NCBI RefSeq assembly: GCF_009834535.1
Contig: NC_045698.1
Location: forward strand, 5,086,001 to 5,150,000
Source of the DNA: Camelus ferus
Taxonomy: Eukaryota
DNA: 64,000 nucleotides
Reading direction: 5' to 3'
This document shows positions 12,627 to 24,789 of the stretch, piece after piece. Positions within the stretch are counted from its first letter, which is position 1. The number at the start of each line of letters is the position of its first letter. The notes beneath the pieces are model-generated. The model made no database searches, had not been told where the DNA came from, and saw only the letters and a list, made by a program, of their open reading frames with translations. The position numbers and the translations under genes are program-made.

Positions 12627-13929
12627 TCGGACTGTTGACGCCGGGCTGGCCAAGTGAGGCCGAGAGAGCGGAGTCCTGTTCGCTTTGCTTCCAGTTTTCT
12701 GCTTCCCTCACACTGGGAGCTCGCTGAGTAGAGTGAAGTCAAAACATCCATTTCTGAAAACCCCATTTCAGCTTTGGCAGGAGACCGTGCTGAAGTTACT
12801 GTACAGATTTGTTAAATTAGCAATTTGAAAGGCTAACATTTTGCTCCAGGAACAAGAGACTGTCTTTGTCCTGTTACCTAAAAGGGTGCCAGGCATTCAG
12901 CATGTACCTGTGTGTGTTTTCCTACAAAAATAGGACGTCAGTGTGCAAACATTTTTTTTTATTGAAAAATGGGTGAAAATGAAAGAAAATAATGGCCTCT
13001 CATACGCTGTGAAATGGCACAGAATTGCTTGCAAGTGCAGTCACTTGGAAAGCTATTAAAGAATGTATTTACCACTGGAAGAAGCTAGTGGCCTATGAAT
13101 AAAAGGAGAAAACCCAGCCTGTGCCTGAGTAGTCAAGAACCCCGTCTCTGTGTGCTTCTGAGCACCAGGGTGATTTCTTAGGGGGCATTTTGGACTTAAT
13201 ATGGAGGAAAATATAAGAAAAATTAAAAGTAATATAAAAATTATTTCACTTAACGACAACAATGTAGGGTTTTTCTAAACCCCCTCCCCTTCTTTTTTTC
13301 TTAATGACAAGGGACGTGCTGATGAAATGTGCGTTTTGAGGACGTACAGTAGAGCTGGAGGGAGGCATCTTGAAGTGTAGCTATTTTGAGACCCTGCATT
13401 TCTGGCTGGCTGGCTGGCGTGGAGGGGGCACCGCTGTCTTCTCTCTGCCGTCCGTTCCCAGCCGGAGTGTTGTGAGAACCACACTGGCTGTGCAGTGAGC
13501 TGGGAATTTATTGCCACTCTCACTGGATCTTCCCAGCCCTGACCTGGCTTGAATAGACAATTCTGCTGGTGTTTCTGGAACAACCTCCGTGTTTCCTCTT
13601 TTCTCTCTTGTGCTTTTCCTTAGAGGAGCGCACGCCCTGGTCCTTGCGGTTGGCATCTTCATGGAGCTGTCATCCGGCAGCTGAACGGGTGCGGCCATTG
13701 TCACCCCTGAGCTTTGTAGTCCTGTCCCCACCTCACCCCCACATCAACGTGCATGTTAAAGGCTGGGTAGTTTGCTGCTGGGTCCCCAGGATGCAGCACA
13801 ATGTCACATACTTCGAGATCGTACAGCAAACACTAGAGGAAGTAATGGAACGAGTGTACACGTAACGTATCTGTCCCCTCGTCCCCTCCTCCAAGGTGAG
13901 GATGGAGGCATGCGTGTCCATGGTCCTGG

Positions 13930-14120
13930 TTCTTGCCTGCTCCAGGCACCACTCAGTTACTTTTCATACGTTGCTTCCCAATCTGCACCACCCAGCAGAG
14001 TAAGTACCGTCGTTACTGGCAATTTGAAGATGAGACATCGGAGACCCAGAGAAGTTAAGCAACTTTCCCAAAGTCACACAGCTGAGAAGAGAGCCAGCGT
14101 TTGAACACGACCTCCTGACA
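13930..14120 (-). mobile_element. MIR SINE relic
   Basis: agatgagacatcggagacccagagaagttaagcaactttcccaaagtcacacagctg is the reverse complement of the MIR core. Confidence 0.75.
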
Positions 14121-15369
14121 CTGTGATCGTCACCATCATCTCCACCTGTCCCTTCTCATTGGTGACCTTGGGGTGTTCCCTGTGGGGCCTCAGCAAATGA
14201 CAGATTATTGTGTGATGAGAAAGGGACACATTTGGGAGTTCTGGATGGTTCTGTCTGAGTCACATGGCGTTATGTGTTATCTGGAAAAACTACATGAGGC
14301 AGGAACCACTACTTCAGAGATGCCAAAAAGATAGATCATGTAACTGCTCCACAGTGTTAGGGAGATTCCCAGTTGGAGGTATTTTCACTCATCAGATGGG
14401 TCAGTAAGAGAAATGGAACATTTTGGCCCGAGGAACACGTGTCCGTGTGTCCACATTAGTCAGTATTATTGTTTGGAAATCAGTGATTGCTTTTACACTG
14501 AAATGAACATAACTCCTGTATCAGTAGGCTTCTTTTAATTTCACTTCTTTCTGCTGGTTTCTCATCTGGCTCCGTCTTAGCACCTGAGCACGAGTAATCA
14601 ACCCCTCTCTTTCCCGTAGGAAAAATCCCTCAGGCTCAAAGGGCCCTTTGCTGGGATGCCGCTCCGGGTTCAGCCCAGCCCCTGCCAGCCTCCTCCTGCC
14701 CTGTGCCTGTGCTGGGTGCCGTCTGTGACCATCCGGAAGCCTTTGAAGTAGGAGCTCACGCCCTAGGGGGGTGGCCGCCATCGTAAGGAGGCTGGTCCTG
14801 TGCGCGCAGCTCTTCACCCTCCTCCCCCCAGGGAAGTCAGTGCAAGTTCGGAAGAAGGAGTCATGGCTGTTGTCTGGAGTTGGCAGTGTTTTCCTGAAAG
14901 AGCTGGAAAGGGAGGAAAAGTGCTCCATAAGCATCTGTTACTGACTCATTTTAAATGGAGACATTTTTCATGGTGGTTATCTTAGGGCTTCCTGCATTGT
15001 GTCCCTTGTATTTGACACATGATTTTATGAAAGGTTGTGTTTTTCACAGAATTCCAGCTTCTTTAGCCTTGAATCTTGGATGCTGTTCTTTTATATCCAA
15101 AGAAACATGTTTATGGGCGCTGGTGAATAATACCCCTTGTGACTGGACCTGTGTGTGTGCTCGTGTGTGTACGAAGGGGAGAGAATTCTAGACTCCCAGC
15201 TGGAGCAGCAAGTTCTCAGGAAAAAAAAATAATAAATCCAGAGTTTAAATTATGTCCTATTAAGAGTTGCTAAGCAACACCTCACTTAGCTTCTCCAGTG
15301 TTCAGTATTTCAGATTTCCTCTTCTCAGCAGTGCAGCCACTAATATCATCCTCACCCAGCAATTTCAGA

Positions 15370-17340
15370 GTTGAAAAGACAGAGTTCAGAGTTTGCAAAG
15401 GCAAAGGCGCTGGAATTCTCAGGACAGAAAGCCTAAGGAGGAGAGAGGAGAGACCCGCAGAGAGAGAGGGAGCTCTGGAGACTTGTAGAGGGTCCCTCAA
15501 GTCTCCACCTGACCAACGATAGGCACATGCAGGGGAGGAAGGCACCAAGGGCCCGGGGAAGAGCCTCTGGGGACAGCAGATGGAGTGACCCCTGGCACAA
15601 GGCCGCAGAGCAAGTGCCAGACCGTTCCTAAAGCAGAGGGCGTCGGTTCCCCGAGAAGACCCAACAGCCCCAAGAACCTAGATACCTAATCATAGAGATG
15701 CCAAATGCATGATGGGGAGATCTTATTCAGAGATGGCAACACCCTCTCTCAATAACAGATGGACAACAAGAAAGAAAATCAGTCAGGATATAGGAGATTT
15801 GCAGAGTATTACCGAACAGGTTGATCTCATTGATATTTATAGAATAATGCAGAATGTGTGTCCTTTTAAATGCACATGGGACATTTACCAAGATGGGCTA
15901 TATTCTTCATCATAAAAGTCTCATTCAGTTTAGAAGGACTACTATTGCACACAGTGCGTTCTTTGGCCATAATGGCTTAAGTTAGAAATCAATAACATAA
16001 AGAAGTTTGGAAAATTAATCAATAATGGGAAACTAAACAATTCATTTCTAAAAAAACCCCAGAAGCCCGAGAAGAAATTACAAGGGGAACTGGAAAGTAT
16101 GTTGGACTGAATGGGATGAAAGCGTGCTGCATCAGAATTTGTAGGGTGCATCTCAGATGGCACTTAGAAATTTATAGCATCAAACATTTATACCGCAGAA
16201 GAGGAAAAGGCTCAAATCAATGACTTAAACTTCCAACTCCAGAAACTAGACAAAGGAGTAGAAACTAGAAGAAAGGAAATAGAAAGGCACATAAAACAAT
16301 GAAATTGTAAACAGGAAAACAGTGAAGATAATCAGTGAAGCCCAAATTGATACTTTGAGAAGATCAATAAAATCGGTAAAACTCTAGGCAGACTGATCAG
16401 AGATAACAATAGAAGGAAAAATGACCACTATGAGGAATGTGAGAGGGGCTGTCACTCTACATCCTACAGACTTTAAAAAGATAAGGAAATATTATCAACA
16501 GCTTTATGTCAATAAACTCCACAGTCTAGATGAAATGGACAACTTCCTTGAAAAGCAAACTAACAAAACTCATTCAAGAAGAAATAGATCACTTGACTTA
16601 CCTGGGAGGATGGAATAATTTGAATGTGTTGTTAAATATCTTCTCACAAAGAAAACTTCAGGCCGAGTATCTTCTCTGGTGAGTTCTACCAAGATTTAAA
16701 GATGAAAAACCCTAAAATTATACAAATTCTTTTGCAAAATAGAAGAAGGAACATATTTCCCAACTCAGGTCGTGATGCCAGCATTATTCTGCTACCACAG
16801 CCAAAGATACTGCAAGGAAAGGAAACTACAGATCGATATCTTTCATGAACATAGAGAAAAATTCTTAACGAAACTTTAGTAAATTTAGTTCAGCCAAAAA
16901 AAAAAAAATGGATGTTATATCAAGAATGAAAAGTTGGCTTAACATTTAGAAATCAATTCATATGATTCACCACATTAACAGATCATTTCATAAATACAAC
17001 GCATGCCATCTCTTGAGTACATTCAGAGGAGACATTTGACAGAATTCAGCGCCTACTTATAATAACATCTCTCAGCCATCTAGCTGTAGAAAGGAACTTG
17101 CTCAGACTGACAGGATGTAGCTGCACAGAAAGTGCAGCGTCACGTGTGATAGGGGAGGACCAAATACTGTCCCCTGTGATCTGGAGTGAGGGGACGATGC
17201 CCACTGTCACCACAGATCTTCAACGTGGCCCTGGACGAAAAATGGAAATACGTATATCTGACGGAGCACTTGTGCTTAGGGTACAGAACACACTCTTACA
17301 ACTACATACAACAACTGTATTCAATAACGGTGTAAAATTA
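15370..17340 (+). mobile_element. Old L1M relic: 5'-UTR-like piece joined to decayed ORF2 (endonuclease to RT)
   Basis: Decayed ORF2 peptides (RKKISQDIGDLQSITEQVDLIDIYR; IRKYYQQLYVNKLHSLDEMDNFLEK). 15370-15650 resembles a recalled L1M 5' end, with lower certainty. Confidence 0.85.
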
Positions 17341-18167
17341 GCGTCTGAGGTTTTGTAGTGCACGAAGAATTTTCATACTGTTTCATTCCAAATTATTGAT
17401 AGCATATCCTCAAATGGGAGGTGTGATTCCCATTTTAAACATGAAAAAGAAAACACCCCAAAACCCTGAGACACAAGAAGAGGCTTTGTGACTTCACAAC
17501 AACATGTAGCAGATGGAAGGCTGCCTTTCCTCTGTCCATTCAGAGGCACCGACGTGTCTGCTCTTGGCTGTGCTCTCTCCATCCCTTTATAGTGGCTCAA
17601 AGAAATGGGGGTCTTTAAGGGGAATAAAGTTCCCCTTTATTTATATTTATTTATACTGAGATGTTCTAAGAGAATGGCACTGTTTCTGTTTCTATCAAGT
17701 CTAAAATGGAGATGATTCCTTGAGCAAAGATTTGTTACCTATCAAGTTTTTTTAAAGATTGGGAAGTCAGTTGCTGAGTCATGTGAAAGTTAATCTCTGT
17801 TCAGCCTGTGTTTTAAAGAATATTTTTGTCATTGAATATGGTCCACACACAAAATGCTATATCCTTTTTTTAAAGCTCTTGATACGGAAAAAAAACTTTT
17901 CTTGCTGTTTTTACCTCCCGTTGGGGGATGTAACTAAAGAACCAAATATTCTGAGAAGTGTAGCACAGATGCATGACTCTAAAAACTGGGAAGCAATGAA
18001 ATAAGTTTTTTGTGGTAGACAGATGAACCAGATTTCTTGTAGAAGGGAAATAAGTTGGGGGTTATAATAAGAGAAAAAATAACTTTGTAATATTGGCCCA
18101 GATACAGATGAAGAGACCAAGAGAAGAGAAGGAAGAGCTCAGAGAGAGACCTGTATGGCAGAGGTGG

Positions 18168-18800
18168 GATGACCCGGCAGTCCCCCTCCTGGCCATAAAA
18201 CGGGAAAAGATGAAAACTCTGATTCGAAAAGACACATGGACCCCAGTGTTCACAGCAGCACTCTTTAGAACAGCCAGGACGTGGAAGCAACCTAATGTCC
18301 ATTGACAGATGACTGGGTAAAGAAGAGGTGGTATATATACACAATGGAATACGACTCAGCCATAAAAAGAATAAAATAATGCCATTTGCAGCAACGTGGA
18401 TGGATCTGGAGATTGTCATCCTAAGTGAAGTAAGCCAAAAAGAGAAAGAAAAATACCATATGAGATCGCTTATCTGTGGCATCTTAAAAAAATAGACACA
18501 AGTGAACCCATTTGCAAAACCGAAACAGACTCACAGACAGAAAACAAACTATGGTCACCTGCAAGGGAAGGTACAGGGGAAGGATACATTGGAAATTTGG
18601 GATTAACGGATGCACACTTCTCTATATAAAAGAGATAAACAACAAGGTCCTACTGTAGAGCACAGGGAACTATATTCAATACCTTGTAATAACCTGTAAT
18701 TGAAAAGAATATGAAAAGGAATACATATATGTACAACTAAATCACTATGCTGTACACCTGAAACATTGTAAATCAACTGTACTTCAATTTAAAAAAATAA
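18168..18800 (+). mobile_element. 5'-truncated L1 3' end, sense to ADCY2, nested in an older L1
   Basis: DPAVPLLAI...KDTWTPVFTAALFRTARTWKQP ORF2 tail, then 3' UTR ending caactgtacttcaatttaaaaaaa. Confidence 0.93.
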
Positions 18801-19520
18801 TGGGGGTGTGATAGACTGTTCAGTAAATGAAAAAATGAATAATTGAAATAGATGAACAAAAGAAAGAAATAGATTTTTCTTATGGAAAGAATCAGATTCC
18901 TACTTTATTCCATATAAAAATATGAATTCTAGGTGGATTTAAATCTAACTGAGGAAAGCAAGTCATTAAGGTTTTAAAAAAATGTAGAGGAAAATCTCCT
19001 TTTAACATCAGTGTAGGCAAGAGTTTCTTAAATAAGGCATGAGAAGGGAAAACTTTTCTCTGATTATGAAAGAAAATCGGTGAAGAAGTGTAAAAGGAAA
19101 GAGCCATCCCAGTTATTTTTGTTTCTTTGTAGATACTCAAGAAGCCGCCTTACGTGTGAGCCCCAGGAGGCATGTAGAGAAATCGGCTGGGAACTGGATA
19201 GATCAGTTACAGTATTTTACTCAATGAAATACTAAGTAAGAGTCAAATGAATAAATAGGTCTACATAGATCAACTCTGAGAAATCTTGGAAGCATAGTGC
19301 TGAGTGGAAAAGGAAGTTGCAAAATGATGCGAATGATATGTGTACCTGTACTCTGAGTACCGTATTAAAAGAATAGAGGAGAATACCGGACTAATTTCTA
19401 CCTATTGGTTTTTTGTGGGGGAAGAGAGAGGACAATGTGAGGAGGAGATTTTAGCTGTAACTTCCTCAGTGTGTGTGTTTCATAAATATACATATATGTT
19501 TATGCAAAAAAATAGGATGG
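18801..19520 (+). mobile_element. Old L1M(E) ORF2/3' relic (also about 18060-18165 upstream of the nested L1)
   Basis: aattctaggtggatttaaatctaa...gtaggcaagagtttcttaaataagg...gtgctgagtggaaaaggaagttgcaaaatgat, typical of decayed L1ME. Confidence 0.6.
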
Positions 19521-22036
19521 ACGTCTCTAGGACGTAGTGTTCAGTGTACGAGGTGTGTTCTTGGGCGGCCGTCATATTATTTGTTGTTACTTTGAAAAGT
19601 TCTGGTTTTAGTGGTTTTAGTGTTTTACATTTTAGAGTAAAATAAACACTGAAAAGGACGTCAGTTGTACTGAATATAACTTTGCCTTTGACCTGGATTT
19701 GCTGTTCTGTACTGTGGGTCCCAGCCCAGCTTTTAGGATCTGACCTCGTTAGCAGCCTCTCAGCCGCCGCTGAGAGAGCTGTCAGCCTTCTTTCTCTCCT
19801 GCTGCTTCCTGTCCCACCGCCTCCGTGGTGGGATTGTCGTTCACCATCGTGAACAACCAACCCTCCTTTTCCCCTGTGAATGTGTGTGTTTGTTGCTAGT
19901 TTTTATAAAACGTGTTCTATCTTTCAAACTGTAAAAATAATGTTCAGTGTATACAGATGCCAGGGAATGCAAGAGTGAATGATGGTGAGATCTGGTCTCT
20001 GGGATCCATGTTTGACAATGAACGACAACTCAATCAAAATGTGCAAAGAATATGGTCCCTTAAAAGAAATAGCTGAATAGTGATAGCATTCTGTTTTCGT
20101 GGAATAAATACTCGGGAGAGTAATTAATAGCCCTAATCCTGAAGTCCTGTAAAGTAAGTGGTATCACAATTGAATATTAGTTGTTTTCCTTTGTTTTCAA
20201 CTATTCCAAAAAAAAAAAGAAACAACCCTTAAAACTATTGACAAAATGTTTGAGAATGAAGGATGAAAATGAAGGCACCTTTGCCTTCGAGTTTTCCATG
20301 GGCATGCTGTCAAGTTGTATTTTTAACAGCTTTTTCCTGTTGACCCATGATGGTAACAATTAGAATATTACCATGGAAGAATTAAATGAAATAATTGTGG
20401 ATTGATTCAAACCGTGCCTCTTCTCCCCCTCAGTTTTCTTCTGCATGTCTTCTTTCAAGGTGTGTGCCAGCGTTTGACCGCAGACACACGCGGTGTGCTG
20501 AACACAAAATCTTGGTCAGCGTCTAAGGCTTTGCTTTCTTGGTCCCTCCACGCTCCGTACGTCTTTGGTGAAGATGAAACGCAGCATCTAGATAGTTACT
20601 TCTTTCCTTGTTGGAAATGCAGATACCACGGCTCAGTCGGGTACATGTGGATGCTGTGTGCTCTTAGGATGTGGGTCCAGACTCCAAGGGCTGTCTTATA
20701 AACTGAAAGCAGAAACATGCCTTTAGTTCGGAAGGCATCTGTCTGCTGGTCCCGGGACGGCTCTGAGCTTTTGTCTGGTTACTGGTGAGTTTCACAGTGG
20801 GGAGAGCCCCGAGACCCTAGACCTCACGAGGGTGGACATGGGGTCCTGCAAAGTTGTGTCCCACATATTGCGAACATAAAGAGCCAGTTTTTTCAGCCAA
20901 GATTTCTTTAGTGTCTGTCCTGGTCAAGGACCATCTGGGTCCAGGATCTCATTTGTAGCTTTATAGGATGATCTGACTGTGGAGAATTAATCCACTTCCA
21001 CCCAGAATGCCAATTTATGGTTTTATTGCTGTTTAGAGAGTGCTCCTGCCTGCTAAGCAGAACACCGCCTTTCTGGCACTAGGTTACCTGGGAAACCTAG
21101 TCAGTTGGGTGTGTGTTGAAGATCAGAGCGGAACAAAGGGGGTTATGAGCACTCCTTGGGCATTTTTTCAGGCTGCAGCAGTCTGAGGAGTAACACAGTG
21201 GCACAATGAGGTCATTGTTTTTGGCAGGTTGTACTGGGCAGAAGTCTAGGGCTCTATTGCACGGAGATCCTCCAGGATCAGTTTCAACATCTTGCCAATA
21301 CTCTCAAGTGAACCGACATAAAGTCTTCTATAGCACGTGGGGCCCAGGGAAGAGGATGTGTGTTTTTGGAACAAGGGCATTATTTTCCTCCATTGGAGGA
21401 AAACCTGGGCTTGGTTTTGGCTGACATCTCTTCCGGATGCCCCTTCACTCATTATTTAACACACAACCCCACATGGGAACCTGTCCTGTGGCATCTGACG
21501 TCATCGGAATCTGCAGCAGGACCTGGAGTCTGTGTCCAGCAGGAAGAGTTCAGGGCTAAGACCAGCCAGGGCTGAGGTCTAGAAGCACTGCTGTTGCACA
21601 TAAGCTGTTCATTAAATAAATATAATTCTCCTTAAGAGTTCGTAAAGATTTCTAATTGAAAAAAGGGGCGCTGGGAGTAGTTGGAGGCTGTGATGACAGC
21701 TGAGAGAACGGTGAAGGTTCCTGTCTCTGGCGTATCGGCCGTCTGTTCGCGTGCTCGGTGACAGGGCCTGCGGTGGGCAGCAGGGCTCCAGCCTCGCTCA
21801 TAACCCTGCGGTGTTTCTGCCCAGCATGACTGAACAGCAGAGACGCCAGCTCTTAGAACTGTTAGATGTGAATGATATCCTCAGGTTGGCAAGTGTTTTC
21901 CCCCAAAAGTTAATGAAGTGACTTAGTAATGATGGATTTCTGTACATAAAGGCCAATGTTAAATTTTTAGAAACCCTTGGAAATCTCAGAGTTCTTACTT
22001 TGGTTTTTGGGCAGAGTCAGCATTGGAATAGAAGTG

Positions 22037-22687
22037 CTGTCAATCCCCATTATTTGCAGCTTCCAGATTTGCACATTTGCTTCCTGGCTGAGATGTATTT
22101 GTAACCCCAGAATCAGTACCTGAGGCCGTGTTTGGACACGTGCAGAGCAGCGGGAAACCTGAGCTGCCCCGCGTGCACGTTCTCAGCTGAGCTGGAACAG
22201 GCATGCTCGGCCTCCTGGTTTCAGCTCACACTGTCAGCAAACGTCCTTTTTGCGATTGACTTAGTGCCTTTTTTTGCGATTGACTTAGTGCCTTTTTTTT
22301 TTTTTTTGTATTTTTGTGCTTTGTGTTGATGATTTCCCTGCTTAAAACGGCCTCCAAGCATCTTGCTGAAATGCTGCGTGATATTCTTAAATGCAAGAAG
22401 GCTGTGCTGAGCCTTCTGGAGAAAATGCATGTTAGAGAAGCTTCACTCAGGCCCAAGGTACAGAGACATTGGCTGTGAGTTCAGTGTTAGTGAATCAACA
22501 ATAGAGAGTAAATAAGGTGTCTCTGTCAGAAACGCAATAAAACAAGGTTATGTATAGGTCGGCTGAGGAAAACGTTGTGCCCAGGGCCCACAGGAGCCTC
22601 GCTGGCCCGTGTTTAATGATTCAGTGTTCACTGATTCAGTGTTCTTGGTGATGATGTGGACATAACCACGGGAGTGAGGATGGACCG
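22037..22687 (+). mobile_element. MER82 (TcMar-Tigger) non-autonomous DNA transposon, near full length
   Basis: Colinear with the recalled MER82 consensus: tatttgtaaccccagaatc...cacgttctcagctgag...gcaagaaggctgtg...gtgagttcagtgttagtgaatcaacaata...taaaacaaggttatgtat. Confidence 0.85.
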
Positions 22688-23679
22688 CCTCACCTTGGGA
22701 GGTCGAATAACAACCAGATCAGTGTAACAGCCCCCAGAGATGGCACTGGAACTGCTTGGTTTCAGATATCTGTCTCTCTCATCACCTTTTCCATTTTCAT
22801 ATGTCTTGTATTAAAATAGTGTGTCTTGGTCTTGGTGTTTCTGTGAGCTGTATTTTGGTCTCACTCAATTTCACCTCATTGTTGAAATATTGCAAAGTGA
22901 CGATAGCTTTAGAAAACTAGAGAACAGGTCCATGTGAAGGGTTGTGGGCTTCCAGGATTAACATTCTGAAACGGCCGTCCTTTGATCAGTGTCCTTGATG
23001 AGTGATCCCCGGTGTCGGCAGTGACATCTTCAGCAGCTGGTGCGTTTGGCAGCCAGTTTGACTGCAGGTGCCCAGCTGGGTGACACAGCATCCCAGAGCT
23101 CTCCTGGGCTCCTGAGAGACAACCCTGTGCAGGAGCTTAAGGGAGACGTGGCGGGGATGCTCCTGTGGCAGGGAGGGGCCCTGCATCCAGACCAAACACT
23201 GCCGCTTCCTCAGCCAGTGTCCTGGGGAATCCTTTGGCATCAGGCTGTGACTTATCTGAGAGCCTCTCCACATTCACAAGGGGCTGTCCCTGTCCCTCGA
23301 GTGACGTTTAGGCAGGAAGGAGACTGTCTAAAGGGACCACTGGGATCAGGCACAGCCCTGCCTCGCGGGTACCAGCCGTGGGTCTGGGCGCTGACTCCCG
23401 GCTCCTAGATGGCTGCAAGAACTCAGCCAGAGCATTGTAACAGTGTGTCAGGACAGGGCCTGGTGTAGGGTGCTCAGCCTCCCCTGTGTGTGATCTCCAT
23501 CAACCCCCTCCAGCCGGCGCAAAGCTAAGTAAAGGTGTGCAGTTGCTGCATAAAGCTTTACACAGCTTTAAGGCTTGTCCCTCGGCCTCCCCTGCAGCGA
23601 TGGGTTTGCCCGGGCCCTCTGCGGAGGACACATGGGTCGCCTGGACCCTGGGCATGAACGCATGCCGCTGTGAGGGCTG

Positions 23680-23910
23680 TGGAGTAAGAGCCGGGGCTTG
23701 CAGGTCACGTCCTAGGGACACGTGCAGTGTCGCTTTGTACAAGTTACCAACTCTTGATCAAGGGGAACAACTTGTCCACCGCAGGTTCCCCATCTGTGAA
23801 ATCAGAGTCACACCAGCAGCAGCTCCGGGGGCCGCAGGAAGCGTAGCGGGGATAACTCTTAGCTCAGCAGTGCCTGGCACGTAGTGGCAGATGCTCGTTT
23901 AGTATTAGTG
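23680..23910 (+). mobile_element. MIR SINE relic
   Basis: caagttacc...ggttccccatctgtgaaat...cagtgcctggcacgtagt. Confidence 0.6.
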
Positions 23911-24479
23911 AGTGCGGTCAGCCTTACCGCATCCTGGGGCCCCTTTTCCCGCACCCTGCGTGCTGCAGCTCCCTTATTCAGCTGGCAAAGAGTAGAGACA
24001 TGGAGACGGGTAGCCCTAGGCTGCACTTGGGTAAACATTTAGCATTTTGAACAATGCGGGAGGCTGGGCGGGGTTTCGAGTCTGAGGTGAAGGGAGACAG
24101 GAGGAGACTCAGGTGAGCTTGAAAGGAGGCCTTCCTTCCTTGGCTTAGCGAACGCGTCGACCTTGTAGCTTATTCTTCTAGATTTGGGGGCACGTTTAGG
24201 AGGCCCTCCCACCACGCCTAGGCTGCAAAGGAGCGCGCCTCCACGAGCCCGTCTCCAACATGGAGATCGTTGATCTCGGCGTTTCTGGGAGTCGGATGGG
24301 AGTTGCGAGCCCAAGAGAAAGCTGAGTTTCAAAGTAGAGATGAGGCCGTGATGATGGCAGAGTTCAGGCTGTGGGCAGAGGAGTAAGAGAAGTCTCAGGT
24401 GACGAGGAGGTCATGGCGCCCTGCAGGTCGCAGGTGGAGAGATGGTGGGCAGATACTAACAAGTGTAGGGACTGAAATT

Positions 24480-24750
24480 TGTACCTGCTGAGTGACTCCC
24501 CAGTAACGCGGGGTGGGCGCGTTGCTGAGACCTGCTGTACGATGTGGTGCCTACGGGTGGCAACGCAGCTGGGCCTAAACATGTGAGAGGGCCGGTCTCA
24601 TGTGAAGTGTTCTCGCCACGGCAGGAGGGGTGCAGGAGGAAGTTCTTGGAGGTGATGAAGACGTGTATTGCCTTGATTGTGGTCATGGTTTCACGGGTGT
24701 GTGCCTGTCCCCGAACTCATTAAATTGTGCACATGAAATATGTGTACGCA
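24480..24750 (+). mobile_element. Old L1 (L1MB/MC-type) 3' UTR fragment
   Basis: ggaggaagttcttggaggtgatgaagacgtgtattgccttgattgtggtcatggtttcacgggtgtg...actcattaaattgtgcacatgaaatatgtg. Confidence 0.75.
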
Positions 24751-24789
24751 GGAGTGTGCTGGCAGACAGCTGTCAGGAACTGTGTGTGT

